NCBI RefSeq assembly: GCF_006345805.1
Contig: NC_043006.1
Location: 66,526,001-66,590,000 of the forward strand
Reading direction: 5' to 3'
Length of the DNA: 64,000 nucleotides
Origin: Octopus sinensis
Lineage: Eukaryota
Part shown: one piece after another, positions 52,495 to 64,000 of the stretch
How positions within the stretch are numbered: position 1 is the stretch's first letter
Layout of the letters: every line of letters begins with the position of its first letter
The notes under the pieces: generated by a model
Seen by the model: the letters and a program-made list of their open reading frames with translations, nothing else
What the model was told of the DNA's origin: nothing
Database searches by the model: none
Position numbers and translations under genes: made by a program

Positions 52495-53210
52495 TCTACT
52501 CTAGGCACAAGGCCCGAAATTTTTGAGGAGGGGGGCTAGTCTTTTAGATCGACCCCAATACGCACCTGGTACTTATGATGAAAAGATGAAAGACAATGAC
52601 AATCTCGGCGGAATGTGAATTCAGAGCATACAGACAGACGTAATACCTATTTCTTTATTACCCACAAGGGGCTAAACACAGAGGGGACAAACAAGGACAG
52701 ACATAGGTATTAAGTCGATTATATCGACCCCAGTGCGTAACTGGTACTTAATTAATCGACCCCGAAAGGATGAAAGGCAAAGTCGACCTCGGCGGAATTT
52801 GAACTCACAACGTAACGCAGACGAAATACTGTAAAGCATTTCGCCCGGCGCGCTAACGTTTCTGCCAGCTCGCCGCCAATGCCAGCTCGTCGCATTGTGT
52901 CAATCTTCTTTGAATACACACACACACAGACATACACACACAGACATACACACACACAGACAGACGTAATACCGCTAAGCATTTCGCCCGGCGTGCTAAC
53001 GTTTCTGCCATCTCGCCACCTCCTTCTGGTAATTATTCTTTTCTATTCCAGGCACAAGGCCCGAAATTTTTGGGGAGGAGACAAGTAGATTAGATCGACC
53101 CCAGTACGCAACTAGTACTTAATTTATCGACCCCGAATGGATGAAAGGCAAAGTCGACCTCGACGGAATTTGAACCCAGAGCATAAAAGCAGACGAAATA
53201 CCGCTACGCA
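52495..53210 (-). mobile_element. SINE family A cluster
   Basis: Several reverse-complement family A bodies (52495-52875 and 52965-53210). Confidence 0.85.
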
Positions 53211-53260
53211 TTTATAAGTATATATATATATATATATATATATAAATATATACACACATA

Positions 53261-54416
53261 CACTGGCGAGAAATAAATTTAAGACCGATGATAAAAGTTC
53301 TATTTCTTATAAAGTATTTTGTTACTAACACCATACAAATTATCTTTTTCTTTTACACTTTATGCAGAATTTATTTCTCTTTCGGATGATGCAGACAATA
53401 ACTATTTTTATACAACTTGAAGAATTCTAATGCTAAATTAATATAAAAGTTTCAAATTTACCGGCAAAATTAGTTGAAGACTACCATTATAATTTTATTT
53501 TAACATAAGATTGCAGCAAAAATAAGCAACAAGAACGAAATATATATTAATACTTTGTGCCGTAGCCTTTATTCTTAATAACGACTGAACAACGCCTCGG
53601 CACTGAATTCGCTAAGTGATTACAAAATTATATGGAAATGTTTTGCCATATTTCATTGATATAATCGAATAATTGTTTTAGATTAGATGGTTTTTATCAT
53701 GGACATTTTTGGAAACAATTCCACAAGTTCTCGATCGGATTCAGGTCCGGGCTCTGGGGAGGCCATTCGATTACGTCAACATTATGGTGATAAAAAATGT
53801 CCATAATATTTTTTGCTGATAAATAGCCCCCGGAGGCATTTAGTGAGTCAAATATGGCACATTATCCTTTAGTAGATTCATATAACCTACACGCTCTTTA
53901 ATATCTTTTACTCTTTTACTTATTTCAATCGTTTGACTGCGGCCATGCTGGAGCCCTGCCTTTAGCTTTCCATCAACTTTAACTAGAGAGCCAACACCAA
54001 AGCTACTAATGTTCGAAAAGGAAACTTTTTGCTGCTAAAGTAATACGATTTTTGCTCTCGTGACTGGACTGAGGCTATGTTGTTCTCCCATTATTAATCA
54101 ACTGTATAATAACGTTACATGATAACACTATATAGTGCAGTTAGGTTAGTTGTGTGACCACCCACTTTGGCAAAAAAATTGCATACATATTGCATGGACT
54201 TAAACTAATTTTGCCGGTAAATTTGAAACGTTTATATTAATTTAACATTAGAAGTCTTCAAGTTGTACAAAAATAGTTATTTTCTGCATCATTCGAAAGA
54301 GAAATAAATTCTGCATAAGGTGTAAAAGATAAAAATAATTTGTATGGTGTTAGTAACAAAATACTTTGTAAGAAATATAACTTTTATCATCGGTCTTAAA
54401 TTTATTTACGCCAGTG
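53261..54416 (-). mobile_element. Internally deleted Tc1-family transposon (1156 bp) with ~215-bp TIRs
   Basis: TA|CACTGGCG..AAATAAATTTAAGACCGA ... TCGGTCTTAAATTTATTTACGCCAGTG|TA. Minus-strand remnants are WPPQSPDLNPIENLW (53721-53765) and N-terminal MGEQHSLSPVTRAKIVLL. A SINE C fragment is inserted at ~53900-53965. Confidence 0.92.
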
Positions 54417-54516
54417 TATATATATACATATATACATACACTCACACACACTCACATGCAAATATATATATATATATATTTACACATATGTATATATTTA
54501 TATCTATATATATCTA

Positions 54517-54566
<50 letters not shown>

Positions 54567-54576
54567 ACTATCTATC

Positions 54577-54699
<123 letters not shown>

Positions 54700-55150
54700 G
54701 TACATATATATGTATGTACGTATGTATGTACGTATGCATACATGATTTATGCGATAGAGAAGCATGACATTTTTGAACACAATATTATTTGAAGCATCTG
54801 GCTTGGGGTTTTTCATATTTAAATTGCAATATTGATGAAAAAACATACGCACACACACTATCTATCTATCTATCTATCTATATCTATCTATATCTATCTA
54901 TATATGAGAGTTGTTGGTATTTAGAAGACACAAAGAGTGTCGGGTAACGGTAGGTAAGTGCTATGGACAGACTATAGTTAAACTCTTGGTTCGATAGTGA
55001 TACAAGTGAGGAGTCTCTTGTGGATCATGTATTTGCAAGCATATATATATATATGTGTGTGTGTATGTATATCTTAGACAAAATAGATAACAAAGCGCCA
55101 AGGCAGTGAGGAGTTCTCAGAACATTTATAAGGAAAAATATATAGATATA

Positions 55151-55198
55151 GTCTTGCAGCTGTTTCTGGGATATTATGGATATCCCTTCATCAGAGAC
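55151..55198 (-). ncRNA. Hammerhead-like motif, left arm (cleavage triplet GCA, probably inactive)
   Basis: GTCT-CTGATGA-A-GGGATAT-CCATA-ATATCCC-A-GAAA-C-AGCT-G-CA-AGAC; U16.1 is replaced by C. Confidence 0.6.
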
Positions 55199-55456
55199 AA
55201 TGTGAGATGGTTAGAGTTCAAAATAAGGAATTATTTTGGAAAAGGAGATAGAGAATATAAAGGGAAATAAGAGAATGAAAGTAGAAATAAATATATAAAA
55301 TATATAACTCCCACTACATAACCTTTATAAATTTTATATTTAATTTTTTACTTTCATTCTCTTATTTCCCTCTATATTCCTTATCTCTTCCTTTCGAACT
55401 CAAATAATTCCTCATTTCGAACTCAAATAATTAGCTTAGTTTAATAATCTAACATT

Positions 55457-55504
55457 GTCTCTGATGAAGGGATATCCATAATATCTCAGAAACAGCTGTA
55501 AGAC
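55457..55504 (+). ncRNA. Type I hammerhead-like motif, right arm (GUA triplet)
   Basis: GTCT-CTGATGA-A-GGGATAT-CCATA-ATATCTC-A-GAAA-C-AGCT-G-TA-AGAC. Stem I is 4 bp, stem II is 7 bp closed by a non-canonical A.A, and stem III is the palindrome ACAGCTGT. Confidence 0.72.
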
Positions 55505-55958
55505 TATATCTATATATATTTCCTTATTAATGCTCTGATAAACTCCTCACAGCCTTGGCTTTGTTATCTGTTTTGTCTAACATATATAAATATCTATCTA
55601 CCTGTACACATGCATACACACAAACGCATACATATACATACGCACTACAATATATTTACACATATATATATGAATATGTAATATGTAATATGTGTATAAT
55701 TCATTGAGTGGTTGACATAGATATATTCATATTTAGAAGAAAATTAATATATAACATATATAACGTTCTGTGTGTATAAGTATTTCTTTATTTCTTTATG
55801 TCTTCATATATCCGTTAAAACAGCGAGAAACCTCTGTACATTTACGTTTTTAGATTTGAAAAAAAATGTATTCCAGCAATCTTGTAGTTAACATATCTGA
55901 AAGAATTGAAATTATAACAACAACAATAATAATAAAAAGAATTTGAAATTTCATAATG

Positions 55959-56025
<67 letters not shown>

Positions 56026-56080
56026 TGATCATTACAATAATAAAAATGTTGATAATATTATTATAATCATTATTATTACA

Positions 56081-56146
<66 letters not shown>

Positions 56147-56284
56147 TGGTTTGAAAATAATGGTAACTATAATAACACTAATACTACAATATTATAATGA
56201 AAATATTGATAACAAAGAGTGTTATGGCAATCGTTTCTATGTCTACAAAGGATGTAATGGTAATAACAACAATAACATCTTTCA

Positions 56285-56350
<66 letters not shown>

Positions 56351-56716
56351 TCCTAAGTCAGGCAGAATGCCAGAAACGTGTGTGTATGTATGTTAGTGAG
56401 TATAGTCAATTTAATAGACTTTATCATAAACTTCGCTTTCATATTGTTTAATGTTTTTTAGTTATCGGACCCAGGAGGATGAAAGTCAAAGCCGAGATCA
56501 GAAATGGTATGAACTCAGAATGTATAAAGAATATTGACTTAGATATCAACAGAAAAAAAGAGAACTCGTCACGAGACCCATTTTTTCCATCTGTCGCCCC
56601 ATTAAATAATGATAGTAATAATATTGTTATTAATATTATTCATAATAATAATGATATTAATAATAACAACAACAACAATAATAATAATAATGAGGATGAG
56701 GATAATAATAATGATG

Positions 56717-56768
<52 letters not shown>

Positions 56769-56816
56769 TAATAATGATAATAATAATAATAATAATAAGT
56801 ATAATAATAATAATAA

Positions 56817-56850
<34 letters not shown>

Positions 56851-57018
56851 TAATAATAATAATAATAATAATGTCAATACATCATTTGGCTATACATGTT
56901 CCATTCAATTCAATTTTTATTGAAATAATAAGTTGTACACGGAATGCAATTACACCATATTGCATCCTACAATACACATTATAAAGATATGTACATGCCC
57001 ACATGTATACATACATTC

Positions 57019-57131
<113 letters not shown>

Positions 57132-57633
57132 ATATATATGTATATGGTTTATAGATTAGAAATAGGTTTTCCCTGTGTAGAATATTCTTCGTAGTGCTCA
57201 AAAGATTTGAGCAGGTAGAAGCATAAATGTAAGGATAAACAAGTGAGGCAAGTCGATACAGAAAAAAATATTAAATGTATTGAATACAAAAACTATACAT
57301 ACGCATGCGTATGAAAAACACCGATTTACATAGAAAATAAATGATAAATTTTGGACTCGTAAAACTCTTCCTCAACTCCTTAAATTCCTGATACCGGACT
57401 TTTTTAGATAACTTTTTTGTATTTAATATATTTAATATTTCTGTATATCGATTTGCCTAACAAACTTCTCACATTTACTCCCATAAATATATATACATAC
57501 ATACATACATACATACATACATACATACATACATACATACATACATAATAAATATATATATATATATATATAAGTAAATATATATATATAATATATATTA
57601 TATATATACATATATATATATATAGTATATATA

Positions 57634-57711
<78 letters not shown>

Positions 57712-58008
57712 TGTACATTTAAACACATAAGAGGTGGCCATCATGGGACAGCTAGCACGCGAGAAGGAGTAGCCAAATTCCAAACCACTATTAGGGATAA
57801 ATTTCGAAGGAATGAAAAATAAAAACATTTACCATCTATCTTTGGACCATGGTTTCGAACTCTAAGTTACCAAATAAAGTAATTTGCTAGGCAGCGATCT
57901 CATCAGCAGGACGCCAAGATTAACATAAACGTGTGCTAGAGTGCTAGGTCTCCCATGATGTCCACCTCTTATGTGTTTAATGTATTTATATGTATATATA
58001 TATATAAT

Positions 58009-58057
<49 letters not shown>

Positions 58058-58119
58058 CATGTATATATGAATATATATACATATATGCGAGTATATATAT
58101 ACATGTATATATATGTATG

Positions 58120-58170
<51 letters not shown>

Positions 58171-58707
58171 GTATGTATCAAAATATACTTAAGATTAAAA
58201 GTGTAATTAATTACTTTATTGCTCGTCTTAGCAGGTATCAACCTTTGTCGGATTATATGTGCTCACCAAACACCGCATACATAGCTACCCCAGGCTGGGT
58301 TATTTTTCGTAACATTGAGAGAAAACATGTCTACTTAATCGCTGCATTCCTCCTTGGAAACCACTCCATATTTAATAGACAGCAATTTTAGTAATTAATA
58401 ATTAATTAGTTAATAATTGGTTATTCCATCTCATTTGATTATCTTCGCAGATGACATCTTATTTTCTTTTTATTGTTATTCTTTTATGCACCCTTTTTCT
58501 ATTCTCATAAATAGTGTCAGAATACTTATTTCTGACAAAGATTCAGGATAATTTATTGCAGTGCAAGTGTAATAGATTAACATGAAACCAGGGTGTAAGA
58601 CTGGTTTGGGATGTGGCTTGTTATGGAATTTGAATATGAGTGAGTATAACTGTAGATAGCAAAACTATTCAACGACCATCAAGTGACTTTGAAATATTTA
58701 TTATTAA

Positions 58708-58774
<67 letters not shown>

Positions 58775-59333
58775 GAGTGAGAGAGCAGTTCATGCCATCA
58801 AAGTGACACTGGGGTAAAATATACGAAGCCCAATATACCCATCATGACTACCCGTCTGATAAGGGTACACCAGGCACATGCATCACAACCATATGTGCGC
58901 GACATGGTGATCTCATATCAAGATAAACAGCACATGAACTTGCAGGTGGGGGCCCAGTTAGAAATTTCTTCAGGTTGAGTAGCCCATCCCGCTCAAAAGG
59001 TCCCTGAATAAGGGTTATTTAAGGATGTTGAAAGAACCACCAATGTTTCCAGAGGTGAATTATTCAAACCCCAAAGAATCCCTCTAAACACATGGCTATG
59101 ATGCTTACCGACTACTTCTGCTCGTGATCAGAGATGCACATATCGTCAGCCACTAAGGGACATGCTCAACTGATTAAAGTCAAACAACTGACAAGCAAAT
59201 CTGTGGTATTCAGCAGAATATTTGCTGTAGCCCATCTTTTATACCAAGACAAAACAACCTACATGATAACACTTCTAATCAGTTAAGATCAGAAGCCATG
59301 AGAGCCACTGCCTGGTATTACATCAGGGCATTT
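58775..59333 (-). mobile_element. Family E repeat, full-length, (ATT)n on both sides
   Basis: GAGTGAGAGAGCAGTTCATGCC...CATCAGGGCATTT flanked by (ATT)n. Confidence 0.92.
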
Positions 59334-59337
59334 ATTA

Positions 59338-59376
<39 letters not shown>

Positions 59377-59602
59377 TTCATTATTATTATTATTATTATT
59401 ATTGTTATTATTATCCTCTGCCTCCCCCTCCCCTCCCCTGCCTCCTTCTTCTCCTCCTTCCTCCTTCTCTTCCTAATCATCATTAACATCATCAACATTT
59501 TCATCAGCGTCATCATCACCCACCACATTATCACCTTCATCTTCATCATCAGCATCACCATTGTCGTCGTCGTCGTCATCATCATCATCATCACTATTAT
59601 TA

Positions 59603-59639
<37 letters not shown>

Positions 59640-59674
59640 CATTATTATTATCATCATCATCATCATCATCATCG

Positions 59675-60067
<393 letters not shown>

Positions 60068-60287
60068 GTTATTATTATTTGCATTGCTTGTTTGATCGTA
60101 TGTATACCTGACATTTATGAACAAAGATGTAATAAAAAGGAATCGTGAAACGTTTCTACATTAGAAACAAACATACATTCATTCATACATAAATATACAT
60201 ATATATGTATGTATATATGTATATGCGTAATGTAAATCTTTATATATGAATACATATGTATGTATGTATATATATATATATAATATA

Positions 60288-60331
<44 letters not shown>

Positions 60332-60536
60332 GTATTTACATGTGCATACATAAAAACATATATATATATATATATATAATTATAAATACATATATATATA
60401 ATTACAAATATATCAATGTATGCATGTGTAAATGTATATCTGTATATATGTATTTATGTATACACATGTAATATATACATATTAATTATAAATATATATA
60501 TATATACATATATATATATTATATATATATATATAT

Positions 60537-60582
<46 letters not shown>

Positions 60583-60881
60583 TGCTTGTATGTATGTAGT
60601 ATGTATGTATGTATGTATGTATGTATATATGTATGTATGTATATTCACATCCGTCAGAGGAATGTAAACAAGCTTCAGGAAAGGAAAAATGTATATGTAT
60701 ATATCTTAGTTCAACGTTATTGCAATTTATTCAGTGTCATCGTAGTTTGATAAAGCATCGAGCGAGGTATGTATCTTTATAGAGGTACAGATACAAGTTT
60801 GATATTTATTCAGATTTTCTATTACCTAAAGTGTACATACATGTTTTGGAAGGCCCTGTACGTATATTATAGGATTGTAAA

Positions 60882-61066
60882 TAAGGCCATATAAAACATT
60901 TCTAGCCTATATATGAAAGTAGATGCTAAATCGTCTAACAACTTTAAAAATCAGAGACTTCGATACGTGTTGAAATCGTGTGTACTTTTGTGATGTTTTT
61001 TAAAGAGGTGAGACGACTTAGCGTCTACTTTCAGCATATAGGCAAGACATTTTTTCTATGCCCTTA
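60882..61066. mobile_element. Small MITE-like inverted-repeat element
   Basis: TAAGGCCATATAAAA / TTTTTCTATGCCCTTA termini and internal arms GCCTATATATGAAAGTAGATGCTAAATCGTCT / AGACGACTTAGCGTCTACTTTCAGCATATAGGC. Confidence 0.6.
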
Positions 61067-61128
61067 ATTATAATTATGTCTATTTTTTATGACGGCCACT
61101 GATAAAATTTTTAAAAATTATTCTGTAT

Positions 61129-61171
<43 letters not shown>

Positions 61172-61500
61172 ACACACACACACACACACATCAAATAGAA
61201 CATAATATTGTTTTTTACACTCTAAGTAGCCTTGAAATGAACTAGAACATCGGATGAGAGCTAAAGGGAAATTACCCAAAACCTCACCGTGAGAAGGACC
61301 CAGTCTTTGCATTCTATTCAAAGAGATTCGGTATCTGCCTGGATATCACATCCCTCCTTTACTAAATATATATATTATACACACACACACACACCACACA
61401 CACACATATACACATTTATATATATATATATATATAATATATTATACGTGTGTGTGTGTGTGTATTTACGCCAAATATATATAAATATGTATATGTCTAT

Positions 61501-61532
<32 letters not shown>

Positions 61533-61536
61533 GTGT

Positions 61537-62005
61537 GTAACTGCTCAGCTACTGGGAAAGGTTGGAGCGAAGGCGGGAGAGGTACGCAGTAATATACTGG
61601 AAGGTCCTGGAAGGTACTGTGTCAAATTTCGGCTTTGTAAGCTACACCAATGCCAGAACGGGTCGACACTGCCAAAGATCCCAGGAACGCCATCGCGCAT
61701 CAGAACCAGTTACTGCAACACCCTGGGTTTCAGGGGCCCACAGCTATTTAATATTCTCCCAAAGAGCCTGAGGAACCTGCACAAAGTAGATGTAGGCGTT
61801 TTTGAATCAACATTGGGCCACCTCTTCCTGTCGAAAGTCCCAGATGAACCTACCTCAGGGCAAGAGGTGCAAATGATGGTAGCTACATCAAGCTCCATTC
61901 TTCACCAAGTGTCACATGATGGAGGAGGCTCTCGGTAATAAGAGTGTACCAAAATGCAGTGCATCAGCTTGGTCGCAGCTCTGAGCTGAAACTACAGAAA
62001 AAATA
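61537..62005 (+). pseudogene. CR1/L2-like LINE 3' end, copy 1
   Basis: Frameshifted LERRRERYAVIY.WKVLEG..NFG / CNTLGFRGPQLFNILPKSLRNLHKVDVGVF...LSKVPDEPT, followed by UTR. Confidence 0.8.
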
Positions 62006-62164
62006 TATAAGTGTGTGTGTGTGAGTGTGCTTGTATTCATGAACTATCTATGTGTTTCTATGTGTGTATTTATCATGTTTAATTCATTTTCATTAATATA
62101 TATAAAAAAATATAGCACTCGTATTGTTCTGCACCCATTCGCGTGTTCGGAAACATGAATTATG

Positions 62165-62215
<51 letters not shown>

Positions 62216-62304
62216 ACGTGTGTGTGTGGTGTGTATTTACGCCCAATATATATAAATTGTATATGTCTATTACACACACACACATTATATATATATATAT
62301 ATGG

Positions 62305-62780
62305 GTGTAACTGCTCAGCTACTGGGAAAGGTTGGAGCGAAGGCGGGAGAGGTACGCAGTACATACTGGAAGGTCCTGGAAGGTACTGTGTCAAATTTCG
62401 GCTTTGTAAGCTACACCAATGCCAGAAGAGGTCGACACTGCCAAAGATCCCCGGACCGCCATCGCGCCCATCAGAACCAGTTACTGCAACAACCCTGGGT
62501 TTCAGGGGCCCACAGCTATTTAATATTCTCTCTCCCAAGAGCCTGAGGAACCTGCACAAAGTAGATGTAGGCGTTTTTGAATCAACATGGGCCACCTCTT
62601 CCTGTCGAAAGTCCCAGATGAACCTACCTCAGGGCAAAAGGTGCAAATGATGGTAGCTACATCAAGCTCCATTCTTCACCAAGTGTCACATGATGGAGGA
62701 GGCTCTCGGTAATAAGAGTGTACAAAAATGCAGTGGTCAGCTTGGTCGCGCTTCTGAGCTGAAACTACAGAAAAAATATA
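62305..62780 (+). pseudogene. CR1/L2-like LINE 3' end, copy 2 (part of a 772-bp tandem duplication)
   Basis: Near-identical to 61537-62005, including flanking non-LINE sequence; anchor GGAAACATGAATTATGA at 62149 and 62921. Confidence 0.85.
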
Positions 62781-63294
62781 TAAGTTGTGTGTTTGGAGTG
62801 TGCTTGTATTCATGAATTATCTATGTGTTTCTATGTGTGTATTTATCATGTTTAATATCATTTCATTAATATATATAAAAAATATAGCACTCGTATTGTT
62901 CTGCACCCATTCGCGTGTTCGGAAACATGAATTATGAATTATATATATATATATATATATATATAAATATCTATATATGTATGTGTGTGTGTTGTGTGTG
63001 TGTGGGTGTGTGTATTAAAGCTTCTATACCCTTTGGACACCTTTGAGTGACCAATATTGTGATGTGGGATGCAATTCATTCCGTCCTCCCTAGAATATCT
63101 CAGATGATGTTTTTCAAGTATTGGATAATGTATTTAAAACTCTTCGTAATCTCCAGTCTGCGCATCCTTCCAAATATATATATGAGGAAAAGTGTAAGAG
63201 ACGCATTATATGATCTAGTTCAATACGAGCATGGATATGAAAAGTATAATTATCCACCCACCCGCTAACAGTAAGTATGCTTCTACCTCGGTAC

Positions 63295-63327
<33 letters not shown>

Positions 63328-63403
63328 CATACATACATACATACATACATACACACACATAAAAAACACAACACACACACACACACACACCCATATATAT
63401 ATA

Positions 63404-63712
63404 GTGAAGCCGCATAACTTAATGGTTAAGTTATTCGGATCATAATCATTAGGACATGAGTTCAATTACCGTCAGCGAATTCTATTCTTGGACAAGAGAA
63501 TTTTTTCACGTTCTTCCAGTCCACTCATCTCGCAAGAATGAGTTATACTTGTCTTTCAAATAGCCAGCCTCGTCTCACGCTGAATCTCCCTGAGATCTAC
63601 GTTAAGTTTATGTGTGCCTGCGGAGTGCTCAGCCGCTTTCATGTTAATCCTACGAACAAACTGTTCCGTTGATCGATTCAACAAAACACTCGTCGTAACC
63701 AACGGAGTGCTA
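63404..63712 (+). mobile_element. SINE family D, diverged copy
   Basis: Colinear with 10062-10390 (head GTGAAG..ATGGTTAAG, tail CGTCGTAACCAACGGAGTGC). Confidence 0.7.
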
Positions 63713-63743
63713 GTCATATGTATGTACGTATGTATATAGTAAG

Positions 63744-63787
<44 letters not shown>

Positions 63788-63789
63788 AG

Positions 63790-63824
<35 letters not shown>

Positions 63825-64000
63825 CTATGTCTATATATATATATATATATATATACTATCTGTGTATATATACATATATATACACATAGATAGATTGATA
63901 GATAAATATATGTCAAAATCTGTCTGTCTGCCTGTCTCTCTCTCTCTATATATATATGCAAGTGTGTATGTATGTGTAAAAGGCAATCCAGTTTCATTTT

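Larger units (their letters stand above)
55074..55580. repeat. ~500-bp imperfect foldback (inverted duplication) carrying two hammerhead-like motifs
   Basis: TTAGACAAAATAGATAACAAAG..CCAAGGCAGTGAGGAG mirrors CTCCTCACAGCCTTGGCTTTGTTATCTGTTTTGTCTAA; centre at ~55315. Confidence 0.9.

Overview
This is a repeat-saturated, AT-rich animal genomic window with no supportable host protein-coding gene. I recognise the repeat families as octopus-like (inference, not database-verified). Most ORFs in the track are microsatellite artefacts. The real content is: (i) many tRNA-derived SINE copies of at least four families; (ii) decayed non-LTR retrotransposons, namely RLE/R4-Dong-like copies embedded in (TAA)n plus RTE, CR1-like and Penelope GIY-YIG fragments; (iii) a near-intact 1292-bp D34D mariner, an internally deleted Tc1, MITE-like and Helitron/Helentron-like elements; and (iv) a 100-N assembly gap. 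The main finding is a ~552-bp tandem array (26596-30481: ~4.7 direct copies, then ~2.3 inverted copies joined by a 4-nt microhomology, both ends in (TA)n). Each full unit carries a type I hammerhead ribozyme motif (CUGAUGA...GAAA, palindromic stem III, GUA cleavage triplet), which makes it a retrozyme/Penelope-LTR-like multimer. A different hammerhead-bearing foldback at 55074-55580 has the same divergent geometry, and two further degenerate hammerhead relics are present.
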